A stretch of DNA of 55,884 bases from a candidate division FCPU426 bacterium (GTDB taxonomy: Bacteria; Oederibacteriota; Muellerivitia; Muellerivitales; Muellerivitaceae): contig CAWHOE010000044.1 of assembly GCA_963830915.1 (NCBI GenBank), positions 1 through 55,884 on the forward strand. Reading direction: 5' to 3'. This document shows positions 8,234-19,500 of this stretch, one piece after another. The position numbers and the translations under genes are program-made. The notes below the pieces were generated by a model. The model was not told the origin of the DNA and did no database searches. It saw nothing but the letters and a program-made list of their open reading frames with translations. Positions within the stretch are counted from its first letter, which is position 1. Every line of letters starts with the position of its first letter.

Positions 8234-9250
8234 ATGCCCCTGACCCAAAAACGTCTCTTTCGGTTGATCGCCCTGAACACGGTCATCGTTATTGTCCTGG
8301 TCCTATCGATCGTTCTTGCCAAGAAAATAGCGGGACACTCTTCCTCGACTGTCAGCGAACGCATCCTCACCACGCCTGAAGTGGAAACGACCAGTCCAAC
8401 CACGCCCCTTGTTCAACCGACCGAAACCATCCAACCTTCTCCCCAGCCAAGCCCTAGGGAAGTTCTTGAACCAACCGGACCCATCGATATCAAAAAACTG
8501 AGGGCCAAGAACGCGAAAGTATCGGTTCACGCTGTTGAACTGGGCGAGAATTATTGGTCCATTGCCAGCGATAACGACATCGATATTTATACCCTGATCG
8601 GCGCCAACCCTGACTTGCCTTTCAAAGCCTCTCTGGGCCACCCGGTCAACATCCTTTCCCAACGGGGAGTGCTCCATGTCGTGACTAAAGGCGAGGACAC
8701 CCGTTCCATCTCCGCCCTCTATAAGATCGATGAGAAGTCCTTGAAAAATGAGAATGGGATCTCCTGGTGGCATGGTTTGAATACCGGGGATGTCCTCTTT
8801 GTTCCCAACGCGAAACCCATTGTCATGAACGGTGAATGGAAGAACTATTTCAGCCGAAGAGGTATTTTTGGCGTACCCTTCGCCAATTGGGGAAAGGGCT
8901 GGACCTCCGGTTTTGGGTGGCGGACCGATCCGATCACGGGCGAGAGACGTATCCATAAAGGCGTGGATTTTCGAGCGAAATATGGGGACTCGGTATTCGC
9001 CGCCGGCAGTGGAAAGGTCATCTTCGCGGGGGTATCGGGGGGATACGGTAATCTGATCCAGATCAAGCACCCGAATGGTTACATCACCATGTATGGCCAT
9101 CTTTCGAAAATATTCGTCAAAGCGGGCCACAAAGTGCGCCGCGGGGAACTCATCGGCCGTGTGGGCGCGACCGGCCGAGTGACAGGTCCTCATTTGCATT
9201 TTGAGATCCGGAAGAACGGGGTCGCGATCGACCCGATGCTGTTGATATAA
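8234..9250 (+). CDS. LysM-containing M23 family metallopeptidase
   Basis: N-terminal TM, two LysM-like segments, HKGVD and TGPHLHFE zinc motifs. Confidence 0.92.
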   Translation: MPLTQKRLFRLIALNTVIVIVLVLSIVLAKKIAGHSSSTVSERILTTPEVETTSPTTPLVQPTETIQPSPQPSPREVLEPTGPIDIKKLRAKNAKVSVHAVELGENYWSIASDNDIDIYTLIGANPDLPFKASLGHPVNILSQRGVLHVVTKGEDTRSISALYKIDEKSLKNENGISWWHGLNTGDVLFVPNAKPIVMNGEWKNYFSRRGIFGVPFANWGKGWTSGFGWRTDPITGERRIHKGVDFRAKYGDSVFAAGSGKVIFAGVSGGYGNLIQIKHPNGYITMYGHLSKIFVKAGHKVRRGELIGRVGATGRVTGPHLHFEIRKNGVAIDPMLLI

Positions 9251-9345
9251 CCCGTCTAATCAAAAAACACTTGGGCCTTTCGCTAGTTTGCGGCTAGGTT
9301 ATTTTTGAGTTCGATACCAATCCGCTAGAGTGATTGGTTTCAAGT

Positions 9346-9380
9346 TCCCCCCTTTGAAAAAGGGGGGATAGGGGGGTATT
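9346..9380. repeat. Left REP-like inverted repeat of the DUF559 cassette
   Basis: TCCCCCCTTTGAAAAAGGGGGGATAGGGGGGTATT; reverse complement of 9738-9771 apart from one indel. Confidence 0.93.
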
Positions 9381-9382
9381 CG

Positions 9383-9739
9383 ATGTTGACTTACAGAAGA
9401 GGCATGACCCCAGTCGTCCGAAAACTTCGCCGTAACATGACGGATGCTGAACGTTCTCTTTGGTCTAAACTTCGCCGCAAGCAACTCGCGGGGGCCTGTT
9501 TTTACCGGCAAAGAATTATTGGTGAATATATTGTGGATTTTTATTGCCGGGAAGCCGCTCTGGTCATTGAATTGGATGGAGGGCAGCATTTCCATGGTGA
9601 AGTTAAGGAAAAGGACGCTGTTCGAGATGCCTTTCTTAGGAAACGCGGGTTTCGGGTGTTTCGCTTTAACAACCATCAAGTGTTGAAGAACACGGAAGTG
9701 GTATTGGAGATAATATTCAAGGCGGTCACCGGAGGCTAA
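9383..9739 (+). CDS. DUF559 (Vsr-like) endonuclease domain protein
   Basis: LRRNMTDAERSLWSKLR, FYRQ, YIVDFYC, LVIELDGGQH, RDAFL..GFRVFRF motifs. Confidence 0.93.
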   Translation: MLTYRRGMTPVVRKLRRNMTDAERSLWSKLRRKQLAGACFYRQRIIGEYIVDFYCREAALVIELDGGQHFHGEVKEKDAVRDAFLRKRGFRVFRFNNHQVLKNTEVVLEIIFKAVTGG

Positions 9740-9771
9740 TACCCCCCTTCCCCCCTTTTTCAAAGGGGGGA
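9738..9771. repeat. Right REP-like inverted repeat of the DUF559 cassette
   Basis: AATACCCCCCTTCCCCCCTTTTTCAAAGGGGGGA; overlaps the stop codon. Confidence 0.93.
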
Positions 9772-9914
9772 TATAATCTCATCTGCGAAATCAGAAAAGA
9801 ATCACAGATTAAAATTTTCCTTATTAAAACCAACCCCACTGTCCCGTTTTTGAGGATTTTTCCTGCCCCCGGCCTGTTGCTTTCTTTAATTCCAATCTGT
9901 AAGGTAATCGACCA

Positions 9915-12900
9915 ATGGATCCAAGATTTTTAAAAGACAAAGGCGTCGAGACCTATACCGGCAATGAGTTGATATTAAAAGGCGGGTTGGAAGCGGGACT
10001 CAATCTTCTGACCGGTTATCCAGGCTCCCCAGTGGCGGATGTTTTTGAGGCCGCCGCGAACGCCGCTCCTTACCTAAAAGAACACGGCATTCTGGCGCAG
10101 ATCGCCAACAACGAGGCGCTTTCTGCCGCGAGGCTCAATGGCGCCCAAATGGCGGGTTTGCGGGCCATCACCGTCATGAAATCGGTGGGGTTCCATGTGG
10201 CGGCTGACGCGTTGATTTCCGGGTCGCTCGCCAAAAAAGGGCATCAAGGCGCGGGAGTGATCGTCATTGGGGACGATCCTTGGAGCGATACGACCCAAGT
10301 TCCGGTGGATTCCCGAAGGCTTTCGGACCATTTATTCATCCCCGTCCTGGAACCCTCCACTTTTCAGGAAGTCAAGGATTGGGTCAAGGTCGCGTTCGAG
10401 CTTTCCGAGGCGGCCGATCTCTTCATCGCCTACCTTCTTATTACCTATACGGCGGAAGGCGGAGGGAGCGTGGAAGTCCATCCCAATCGTCCTCCGGAAG
10501 GTTTTTCCACCCTGAACAAAGCCACTATTGACAGTTCCGAATTCGATATAAAACATTCCATTGTTCTTCCGCCCCATACGATCCATTTGGAGAAAGAGGC
10601 TTTGGAAGTCAAGTTCCCGAGGGTTTTGAGCGCCGCCCGGGAAAAGGGGATCAACCGATTAATACCGGGTAAAGACAATCGATCCCTGGGGTTCATTTCG
10701 GCCGGCGCCTCTTATACCTACCTGGAACAAGGTCTATCCGAATTCAACATGTCCGGCCGTTTCCCGATCCTCAAATTGGGGATGACCTACCCGATCGATC
10801 CGGAAGCGATTTTGGAATTATTGAAAACCACCGACACTATCGTGGTCGTGGAAGAGAAACGACGCTTCATCGAAACCCAGGTCCGCAATATCGTGATGGA
10901 CCTGTTCCAGGCGGGAAAGATCAAGACCATGCCGACGGTATGGGGAAAAGTCTTCCCGGCCGACCTGGCTGGTTTCCCGGTCGATAAGGGATTGAATCCG
11001 TCGGTGGTCATGACAACTTTGGCGCCTTTGTTCAAAAAATTGGGGCTTTCAACCCCTCAAGTCGAGCAAGAGATCGGATTTCTAGCGAAATTGGATTCTT
11101 TTGAGATGCTCATTCCGCCCCGGACCGCGACATTTTGCCCCGGATGTCCCCATCGGGATTCTTCCTCGACCTTCCTGACCCTGGTCCAGGATTTCAAGGA
11201 TCCTGAATACATGAAAAAGAAACACAAAACCGGTCCGATCGACATTCTTTTCCACGGCGACGCGGGCTGTTACGTCCTTCTTTTCATGCCGCCCAATGGG
11301 CCCTTGATGCACAACTATATCGGCATGGGGCTGGGAGGCGGGACGGGAGCGGGCCTTTCGCCTTTTTCCACGAACAAGTCCGTTTGTTTCATCGGGGATT
11401 CCACCTTCTTCCATTCCGGGCTTTCCGAGGTTTCGGACTCCATCAAGAATAACCAGGATGTCCTTTATGTGGTTTTGGATAACAAAACAACCGCCATGAC
11501 GGGGCATCAACCCCATCCGGGCATGGACTCGGACATCATGGGCAATCCCACTTTCGCCCAGGACATAGAAAAAGTATTGCAAGGCCTGACCCATGGCGAG
11601 GACGTCTCCATCGCCCGGGTCAATCCGGAAAACCGCAACGACTACCGTCAACTCCTGGAAGAAATGATCCTGGAACCTGGGGTCAAATTCGTGATCGCCG
11701 ATAAAGAGTGCGGTATCACTTATCACCGGCGCAAACGGCGGGAAAAAGCCAAGGAAAGGGCCAAGCTGGGTTATTTGCCGGTCGAAAAAAGGGTGAATAT
11801 CAACGCCCATGCTTGCGAGCTTTGCATGGAATGCACCAGGCTGACCGGCTGCCCCGGGCTAAATATAGAGGACACGCTCTATGGCCCTAAGATGGCGACC
11901 GATCTTTCTTTCTGTGTATCCGACATGGCCTGTACAAGGATCAAGGCCTGCCCCTCCTTCGAGGAGATGACCATCATTCGCAAAGGCAAAACAGAACGCA
12001 TGCCCTTGCCCGATCCCGCGAAATTGCCCGTTCCCAAAGCCCTCGAATTCAAGGATGACTGGAGAGCCTACATCGCCGGCGTCGGGGGGATGGGTATCGG
12101 GTCCTCGACGGCGGTATTGGTACGGGCCGCCCACAAGCATGGGTATTTCGTGACCTTTTGTGATAAGAAAGGGATCGCCATCAGGAATGGCGGGGTCTAT
12201 TCGCAAATGACTTTTTCGAAAGAGAAAAAAGTCGTGTCACCGCTCCTTCCCCAAGGAAAGACCAACCTCTTACTGGGCCTGGATATCCTCGAGGCCGCGC
12301 GAGGCATCGATCCCAGGCACTCTTTCAAGATCGGCTCAAAAGAATTCACCCACTCGGTGGTGAACAACCACAAAACACCCACCATCCTTACCCTGATGGG
12401 GAAGGATGATTTCTCGCCGGTGGAGCTCGCGGAACTTTTCAAAACTTACACCCAAAGCTACCTGGGGGCTGACCTGAGCCAGATCGGCCAGGACTACTTC
12501 GGGAACAAGCAATATGTGAACATCATGCTGCTGGGAATGGCATTTCAGAAAGGTCTTTTACCGCTCACGCTGGAAGACATGACCGACGCGATCCGAGAGA
12601 ATTTCAGCGGGGAACAGGCCAAAAGGAACATGATGGCTTTCCATTTGGGCCGGGATGTGGCGGAGAATCCCACCCATTATTTCGCGGAGGAAAGGGAAAG
12701 CTTCAAAACGGTCATCGACCGAAAAGCCAAGCTTTTGGGTGGCTCCCGCTCCAAAAGTTATCTCGCGATGATCGACGGATTCCTTTCCGTTTGGGATGGC
12801 GACGAGGAGACCAAGGTCCAATTCTCCACCCGTCTTTATGACCTGTTCATATGGGGAGGGAACTCCTACGCCAAGGAGTACCTGACCCGGGTTCTGGGAA

Positions 12901-13442
12901 CCTTGAGGAAGGATTCGAAAGCGGCGGGGTTCGCCGTGACCAAGGCGGTCATCAAGTACCTGCACAAGGTAATGGAGATCAAGGATGAGATCTATGTGGC
13001 CCACCTCCTGACCAACCCTGAGAAATATCAGGAGGACGCCAGGCGTTATAAGTTGAATCTCCAAAGAGGGGATCGCATCCGATACAATCATATCAACCGG
13101 CCGCATTTCGACATCATGGGCTTGGAGGTCGAGTTCGACCTGAATAGCCGTGATTGGATGCTCAAGATCATGAAGCGAATGGGCTTCGCCCGGGTATTAA
13201 TGCCTTCTTGGCACAAACGGGAAAGGGCTTTCCGGAATTGGTACGGCGCTTTGGTGGATAAGTTTTCATTTCGGGATCAGGCTGAATATGACCGCTGGTT
13301 GACCGCTTTAAGCGTACCGGAGGATGTGAAAGGTTTCCGTTCGATACGTTATCCGAAAATGGAGTCCGCCAGGGCTAAAGCGGATTCGATACTAGCGGAT
13401 GGGCAAGAACTAAAAGGAAAAGAATCCATAGCCGTAAAATGA
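9915..13442 (+). CDS. Indolepyruvate:ferredoxin oxidoreductase family protein (fused alpha/beta)
   Basis: GYPGSP, PRTATFCPGCPHR, GDSTFFHSG (TPP binding), CELCMEC ferredoxin-like motif, IAGVGGMG, KIKDE-type EIKDEIYVAHL motif. Confidence 0.9.
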   Translation: MDPRFLKDKGVETYTGNELILKGGLEAGLNLLTGYPGSPVADVFEAAANAAPYLKEHGILAQIANNEALSAARLNGAQMAGLRAITVMKSVGFHVAADALISGSLAKKGHQGAGVIVIGDDPWSDTTQVPVDSRRLSDHLFIPVLEPSTFQEVKDWVKVAFELSEAADLFIAYLLITYTAEGGGSVEVHPNRPPEGFSTLNKATIDSSEFDIKHSIVLPPHTIHLEKEALEVKFPRVLSAAREKGINRLIPGKDNRSLGFISAGASYTYLEQGLSEFNMSGRFPILKLGMTYPIDPEAILELLKTTDTIVVVEEKRRFIETQVRNIVMDLFQAGKIKTMPTVWGKVFPADLAGFPVDKGLNPSVVMTTLAPLFKKLGLSTPQVEQEIGFLAKLDSFEMLIPPRTATFCPGCPHRDSSSTFLTLVQDFKDPEYMKKKHKTGPIDILFHGDAGCYVLLFMPPNGPLMHNYIGMGLGGGTGAGLSPFSTNKSVCFIGDSTFFHSGLSEVSDSIKNNQDVLYVVLDNKTTAMTGHQPHPGMDSDIMGNPTFAQDIEKVLQGLTHGEDVSIARVNPENRNDYRQLLEEMILEPGVKFVIADKECGITYHRRKRREKAKERAKLGYLPVEKRVNINAHACELCMECTRLTGCPGLNIEDTLYGPKMATDLSFCVSDMACTRIKACPSFEEMTIIRKGKTERMPLPDPAKLPVPKALEFKDDWRAYIAGVGGMGIGSSTAVLVRAAHKHGYFVTFCDKKGIAIRNGGVYSQMTFSKEKKVVSPLLPQGKTNLLLGLDILEAARGIDPRHSFKIGSKEFTHSVVNNHKTPTILTLMGKDDFSPVELAELFKTYTQSYLGADLSQIGQDYFGNKQYVNIMLLGMAFQKGLLPLTLEDMTDAIRENFSGEQAKRNMMAFHLGRDVAENPTHYFAEERESFKTVIDRKAKLLGGSRSKSYLAMIDGFLSVWDGDEETKVQFSTRLYDLFIWGGNSYAKEYLTRVLGTLRKDSKAAGFAVTKAVIKYLHKVMEIKDEIYVAHLLTNPEKYQEDARRYKLNLQRGDRIRYNHINRPHFDIMGLEVEFDLNSRDWMLKIMKRMGFARVLMPSWHKRERAFRNWYGALVDKFSFRDQAEYDRWLTALSVPEDVKGFRSIRYPKMESARAKADSILADGQELKGKESIAVK

Positions 13443-13584
13443 GCAACTGGCGTTAGAGAACTTCCGTAATTTCCCACTGAGACACAGATAACCCTTTTTT
13501 GAAATAGGCAAAAGCAAAATAGCTAGATTCAGAGGACTCGTTATATAATCCGACTTAATATTTGCAATGATCGGGGGCCAAGTT

Positions 13585-14268
13585 ATGAGGGTGAATCTAT
13601 GCTTTTTTTTGTTTTTGATCGGGTCTTTCGCTTATGGAAATCCCATCCCAAACACTCAAACGCCCATTAAACTCAATGTGGAATTGGCGCCAGGCTCGAA
13701 AGTGGTCCTTTATTGGACCGATGCTTCCAAGGGTTTGATCAGGGGATATAACGTCTATACCCGCGAATCAGCCAAGAGCAAATTTTTCAAATTGAACTCC
13801 AAGATCGTCAAACGCCGCCAATTTTCCATCATCATGGTCCCCAGATCGGGTTTTTCCTTTTTGGTCAAAGAGGTTCTCGGCGAGGCCCCGCTCAAAGAGA
13901 GCGCCGCTTCCAACGAGGTCAGGGTTTCTTCGGCGGGATTACCTGTCTTCAAACCGGACCAACAGCCCAAAGCGAACGGGATGATCGACATCATCAAAGC
14001 GGCTGGCGTGGCCAAATGGGAGGACCCGGGAAAAGCTAATTTGACGGGGTATAACGCTTATTGGTCCGATCGGCAGGATGGGGTATTTATCCTGGCCAAT
14101 TCCATCCCTTTCGGAAAGAAACTCGGGCCGCTAAAGGGACTGGAGGCCGGTAAGAAATATTTCCTGACTTTCACGTCAGTCTCTAAAAACGGGAAAGAAA
14201 GCAAACCCTCCAAGCTGATAACCACGAACGCAGAGCCAATTCCGGATTCTGATACTTCGTCTAATTGA
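13585..14268 (+). CDS. Secreted protein with two fibronectin type III-like domains
   Basis: Signal peptide; W..GYNVY..ESAAS and W..GYNAY..GLEAGKKYFL..ESKPS patterns. Alternative start at 13567. Confidence 0.7.
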   Translation: MRVNLCFFLFLIGSFAYGNPIPNTQTPIKLNVELAPGSKVVLYWTDASKGLIRGYNVYTRESAKSKFFKLNSKIVKRRQFSIIMVPRSGFSFLVKEVLGEAPLKESAASNEVRVSSAGLPVFKPDQQPKANGMIDIIKAAGVAKWEDPGKANLTGYNAYWSDRQDGVFILANSIPFGKKLGPLKGLEAGKKYFLTFTSVSKNGKESKPSKLITTNAEPIPDSDTSSN

Positions 14269-14318
14269 CGAACAAATGTTAATATTGGCCGCTAAAAAAG
14301 ATGACTTCAGGAGGAAAT

Positions 14319-14507
14319 ATGAAAGAGGTAACTGTCGTCATAGGGCATCGCGGATCGGGACAGATCCTCGGGGTATTTACCCAATCCAATAAGATCAACG
14401 CGCTTAAAGAGATCGTTAAGGAATTCAATGAGGAAGGTTATGTGAGTTTTGAAAAGGTGAAGTTGAACGAATTCCAGTTGAAGCGATTCGGGTTGTATTT
14501 CAAATGA
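14319..14507 (+). CDS. Small hypothetical protein
   Basis: Strong RBS AGGAGG before ATG 14319; fills the intergenic gap. Confidence 0.65.
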   Translation: MKEVTVVIGHRGSGQILGVFTQSNKINALKEIVKEFNEEGYVSFEKVKLNEFQLKRFGLYFK

Positions 14508-14515
14508 GGCCTTGA

Positions 14516-15703
14516 TCAAACCACTTGTCCCGCGGCCCAGCCGGAGGACCAGGCCCACTGAAAGTTGTATCCCCCTAACCAACCTGTCACATCCACGACC
14601 TCGCCGATAAAATATAGGCCTTTGGCTTTCCTGGCTTCCATGGTCTGGGAGGATAGTTCCTTGGTATCCACACCCCCTTTGGTCACTTCGGCTTTGTTGT
14701 ACCCGACGGTGCTTTCGGGAATAAGCGTGAGATCGACCAATTTATTACAGAAGTCTTCCAGATTATTTTCCGCGATCGAATGAAGGGAAGCGTGGGGCGG
14801 AAGCTCCAGGTCGCTTAATCGATCCGCTAACCTTTTGGGAAGGAATCGCGCCAGAAGGGTTTTGATCTCTGATCGATCCCCGCTTTTCTTTTGCGCTAAA
14901 AACCAACCGAACAACCCGTCTTTCGGCTCGTCGGGAAATAGGTTGAGATGGATAGGTTTCCCTTTTTCCCAATAGAGGGAAGCCTGCAAAGCGGCGGGAC
15001 CGCTTAGACCAACATGAGTGAAAAGGATGTTCTCGCGAAAACTAACATTGCCGCATTTCAATATCACTTCCGACGAAACCCCAGCGAGTTCCATGAATTT
15101 TTCCAGGTCCCTCGAGGAGAATTTGAATCCGTCCAAAGCGGGAGCTGTTTCGACCACATTCAAGCCGAAGTCCTTGGCGATCCTGTAACCCAGGTCAGAG
15201 GCACCGACCTTGGGGATGGAGAGGCCGCCTGTGGCAACGACCAAAGAATGGCAAGTAAAGAGATCCTGGTTGGTCCAAACGTTGTAAACGCCGGTCCTTT
15301 GTATGGATTCAATTTTGGTGTTCAGGTGCGTTTCTACCCCGAACTTCTCACAATCTCCAGTAAACATCCGGATGATATCCTCGGCGGAATGGTCGCAAAA
15401 TAACTGGCCAAATTTCTTTTCGTGAAAGGGTATGCGATGTTCTTTGACCTTTTGGATGAAATCGGCCGGTGTGTAACGGGATAGGGCGGATCTGCAGAAA
15501 TGGGGATTCTTTGAAAGATAATTCTCCGGCCCCGCGGTTAAATTGGTGAAATTACAACGGCCTCCGCCCGAAATACGTATCTTGGCCCCGACCTTATCCG
15601 AGTGATCGATCAGAGCGACCTTACGGCCTCTTTTTCCCGCCTCGATAGCGCACATGAGGCCGGCCCCGCCGGCTCCTAAGATCACCACATCGAATTGTTT
15701 CAT
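14516..15703 (-). CDS. HI0933/BaiN/YhiN family NAD(P)/FAD-dependent oxidoreductase
   Basis: GAGGAG, KIRISGGGRCNFTN, LFTHVGLSGP, GEVVDVTGWLGGYNFQWAWSSG motifs. Confidence 0.95.
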   Translation of the reverse strand: MKQFDVVILGAGGAGLMCAIEAGKRGRKVALIDHSDKVGAKIRISGGGRCNFTNLTAGPENYLSKNPHFCRSALSRYTPADFIQKVKEHRIPFHEKKFGQLFCDHSAEDIIRMFTGDCEKFGVETHLNTKIESIQRTGVYNVWTNQDLFTCHSLVVATGGLSIPKVGASDLGYRIAKDFGLNVVETAPALDGFKFSSRDLEKFMELAGVSSEVILKCGNVSFRENILFTHVGLSGPAALQASLYWEKGKPIHLNLFPDEPKDGLFGWFLAQKKSGDRSEIKTLLARFLPKRLADRLSDLELPPHASLHSIAENNLEDFCNKLVDLTLIPESTVGYNKAEVTKGGVDTKELSSQTMEARKAKGLYFIGEVVDVTGWLGGYNFQWAWSSGWAAGQVV

Positions 15704-15842
15704 TAATTTGTGGCCTTCCCTTGAAATTGGATCGGGGCCTGTGTTCCTATGACCCTATTGATCCGTGTAATTCTATATCTTTTTGGGAAGGCTGGAAAAA
15801 ATATCGACCCGTCCTGAACGGGTCCACTGATGGGAGGTATTC

Positions 15843-16151
15843 ATGTCGAGGAAATTCGACCCCGCGCATTTCACGAAATTGGAAGCTGAGATACAAAAAT
15901 TGATCCCGGGATACTCGGCTAAGAGGGAAGAACTGTTGGAAAAGCTGATGGCCGAATGCCCGAAAGATAACGAGATCTATCAGGGCTTTTTGATCAACCT
16001 GTGCGTGATGGATATCATCCAGCATTTAAGGAAACCCTGGAGCAGACGAATGGAGAAGTCGGAAGTGCAGTTCATTCACACGTCGGTCATGAATTATTTG
16101 AAAACGAATTTAAAAATATTGTCTTCGCCCGGCGTTGAACCAGGTCAATAA
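15843..16151 (+). CDS. Hypothetical protein
   Basis: RBS GGGAGG; 102-aa ORF divergent from the flavoprotein gene. Confidence 0.65.
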   Translation: MSRKFDPAHFTKLEAEIQKLIPGYSAKREELLEKLMAECPKDNEIYQGFLINLCVMDIIQHLRKPWSRRMEKSEVQFIHTSVMNYLKTNLKILSSPGVEPGQ

Positions 16152-16550
16152 AGGTTAAATGAAATTCTGCCGGTTGGTTCGGAATTTACTTAGGTCTCCC
16201 CATTTCCTGGACTCGTAGCGGATTGAATTTGAAATCTATGTATAGGAAGTAATGGAAAGCGGTTTTCATTCAAATTTATTGAGGCAAATTTCAAAAACAT
16301 ATTCGATGTCGGAAGCCCACCACAAGGACGAACTTGACCCTGATTTTAGTTAAATTTTAGTAAAGCTTTACCGTGAAATGATGGCTATAGAAGAATATTT
16401 TCTTTTAATAAAACCTAACGAGTTGAAGTTTTACCGGTTTTGAGGCATTTTTACTACAGAACTTCAATCGATTTGAGCCTGTTTTTAATCTCTCTTTCCT
16501 TAAGGGAATCAAAGTTAAAAACGATCCTTGATCAATTTTAAAAGAAGAAA

Positions 16551-19500
16551 ATGTTTCCTATAAAAAGCATAAAGATCATTAAAAACAAAATACTCGCCTT
16601 GGCAACAGGGCTTGGCATCCTTGTGTTTTTGCCCTCAATGGCTCTCTCCCAAACGGCGACTTTGCTTTCCATTAATCTATCCAATACCAATCCCGCGCCC
16701 GGCTCAACGGTCGCTGTTACTCTTGTCTATTGTGATACCAATACCTATTCCATCCCGTACTTCTTGGTTGGAATTACACCCTCCTCAAATACCGTATTAA
16801 GCGGATGCGCGTTACCCCAACAATATCTTCTGGTGGATAGCACTTCGCCTGGAGAGGGGACAACTTTTGATGGAACAGCTGGTTCTGTCATTACTTCGCC
16901 CAACAATGATGGAAGCGATGGCAATGGTTGGATTGGCGCTTCCACTGGTGGTACACCAGTTTGCCCAGTCACGGAAGTTTGGAGCGTTACGATCCCCCCT
17001 AGCTTGAGCGCGGGTTCTTTCAATATTGTTGTAGCTGAACATGATTACAACGTTCAATGTCAAAGCGGTTTTCCAAACACTATCTGGAAGGGTGTGACGG
17101 TTCCATTCCCACCTCCGGCGATTTCCACCTTTAATAAATCGGCCGAAGGAAATACGGCCACCCCAGGCGACTTGATCCTTTTCAGGATGGACTATACATA
17201 CGTCAATACCGGGCCGGTTACCATCACCGACACGCTCCCCAGCCAAGTGAGTTTGGCGGCGGCAAATGGATCTGAGATCAGCTCGGGCGGGAACATCGGC
17301 GGTTTTCCTACGGTCACCTGGGTCTTGCCTTTCAGCAACGCGGCGGTCAGCGGCTATGTTTGGGTATTGGCCAAGGTGAACGCTGGTGTTACCGGCGAGA
17401 TCTCAAACACGGCGACAGCTAAATCAACAACCGCGGGGCCAGTTAGCTCTACCACCACCGTGGAAGTGGGAGGGAAATTCCAACTGGCAAAAAGCCAATC
17501 CTCTGCCACGATCAATGCCGGCGATACCGAAACCTATACCCTCAATTATAGTATCGGCGGGACCAGTCTGCAGACTTCCGATTCTTATAACAACGATACG
17601 GTGGGCACATCATGGTACGGTTCAACGGTTCCTGGATCCACTGGTTACGACGGAACCGGATACAACTCCACTGATCCTAATAATGCCGTCACTTGGTCCA
17701 TCAAGAACGATCCTGTGACGGAAGGGAATTATATCGATGTCCAGACCTGGGCTAACAACAACACGGATGGCTATGTCCCGCTGCTGAGGAACACCCCTCA
17801 ATCGCCTTTCTGCCCCGCTGGAAATGTTTTTGAGGTGGAAGGGGACGTCAATATACCTTCATTATTACAGAGCGGCGCCGCTAACGCGGTTGGCGAGGAC
17901 GCGACCTTGGCCGTGATGGTACAAGCCGCGGCCCCGCATTATGGATTCGAATTGATCCTTTCGCGCGACAATGCCCCGGGATTTTTCGCTCTCCAAGAGA
18001 ATAGCGCCGCAAACGCGTATAAAGCGGTGGTGACGGTCAACACGGGATTTAAATCCCCGGCCATGTCCGGGAATCCGCCTGTAAGCGCGGATACCTGGTA
18101 CACCATCAAGGCTCAGGTCATCCACCTCGCCAGCGGTTCGATCGAGATCAAGGCGGTTGTTTGGCCTGTGGGAACGCCTGAACCGGTGAACCAGTGGGAT
18201 ATCGACTATACGACAACCGACGCTAGTACCGGGATGGCCTGTAGCGGCGGTCAAACCTGGCAATATGGCTTCCAATCCAACCCTGGTTCGGCGGCCGGTG
18301 TTTATTCGGCGGGCCGTGACCTGTATAGCAATCTCCGGATGTTCTCGGACGATCCGGCGGTGAACGTCAAGGTTTCAGACGCTGTGCCAACCGGGATAAC
18401 CTACTCGGGGGCCAGTACGGCGCTCACCTCTGGGCCCTCGCCCCTGCTTTGGCAATTCTCGCCTGTGACCATCTATGACCAGACCGGGGCTATTACCTGG
18501 TGGGGTGTGGCTTCTTGCGCGGGCGAGTCGGGGATCACGAATGTCGCCACGATCGATGATGATCTCTCCCCGGCCCCAGTGACTTCCAATTCCGTGACTG
18601 CGGTCATTGTTTGCGCCACCAGCACACCCACCAATACCGCTACCAATACCGCTACCAATACACCCACTCGCACGCCAACTAACACGAATACGGTGACCCC
18701 GACCAATACGGTGACCAATACCAGGACCCCGACCAACACGGTGACCCCCACCAATACAGACACCAACACGGCCACATACACCATGACCATGTCCCCTACC
18801 AATTCAAATACCGTCACTCCCACCAATACGGTGACCAATTCTAATACTCCGACCAATACCGCAACGGTCACCAATACTCGCACGAATACGTCCACACCGA
18901 CCCCAACCTCCACTCAAACCGATACCCCAACCAACACACCCATCATCACCAATACTCCAACTAATACGCCTACCAATAGCGCGACGATGACCTTGACCAA
19001 AACACCCACCAATACTTCGACTGTGACAGACACCTACACAACGACGAACACACCTACCAATTCCAACACACCCACCTGGACTATTTCACCCACGAACACC
19101 GCCACCAACACGGAGACTAGAACGCCGACCAATACGAATACCATTACAAACACCAATACTGTCACCAATACTCGGACTGACACGAACACGGCGACTCCGA
19201 CATCGACGTCCACTGATACTTTCACTTTCACTAATACCGCTACCAACACGGCGACTAATACTGCGACCAATACCACCACCAACACGCCGACTCCATTGGG
19301 AGTGGCCAATGTCAGTAAAGTGGCTTCGAATACAGCTCCGTCGTCGAATGACGGGGAAGATTATGTCATCGGCATCAGTGTGCCGAATTCGGGTGTTTCC
19401 AATATCACCATCTCGGATACGATCCCGACCGGTTTGTCTTATGTCAGCGCCACTAATCCAACTTCCCCTCCTGGCACTCTTTCCGTTCTTCCCATTCCTA

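Noticed and set aside
8303..9199. Long antisense ORFs (also 45-890, 19086-20048, 28725-29600, 40606-41538, 43378-44040)
   Set aside because: They fully overlap well-supported genes and carry no motifs; such shadows are typical of GC-rich coding DNA.
9346..9771. Classical IS element
   Set aside because: The enclosed ORF has no DDE or HUH transposase motif, and no target-site duplication is evident.
18473..19309. Val-rich antisense ORFs (also 28991-29392, 51030-51446, 52023-52361)
   Set aside because: They are mirror translations of the Thr-rich repeats on the coding strand.
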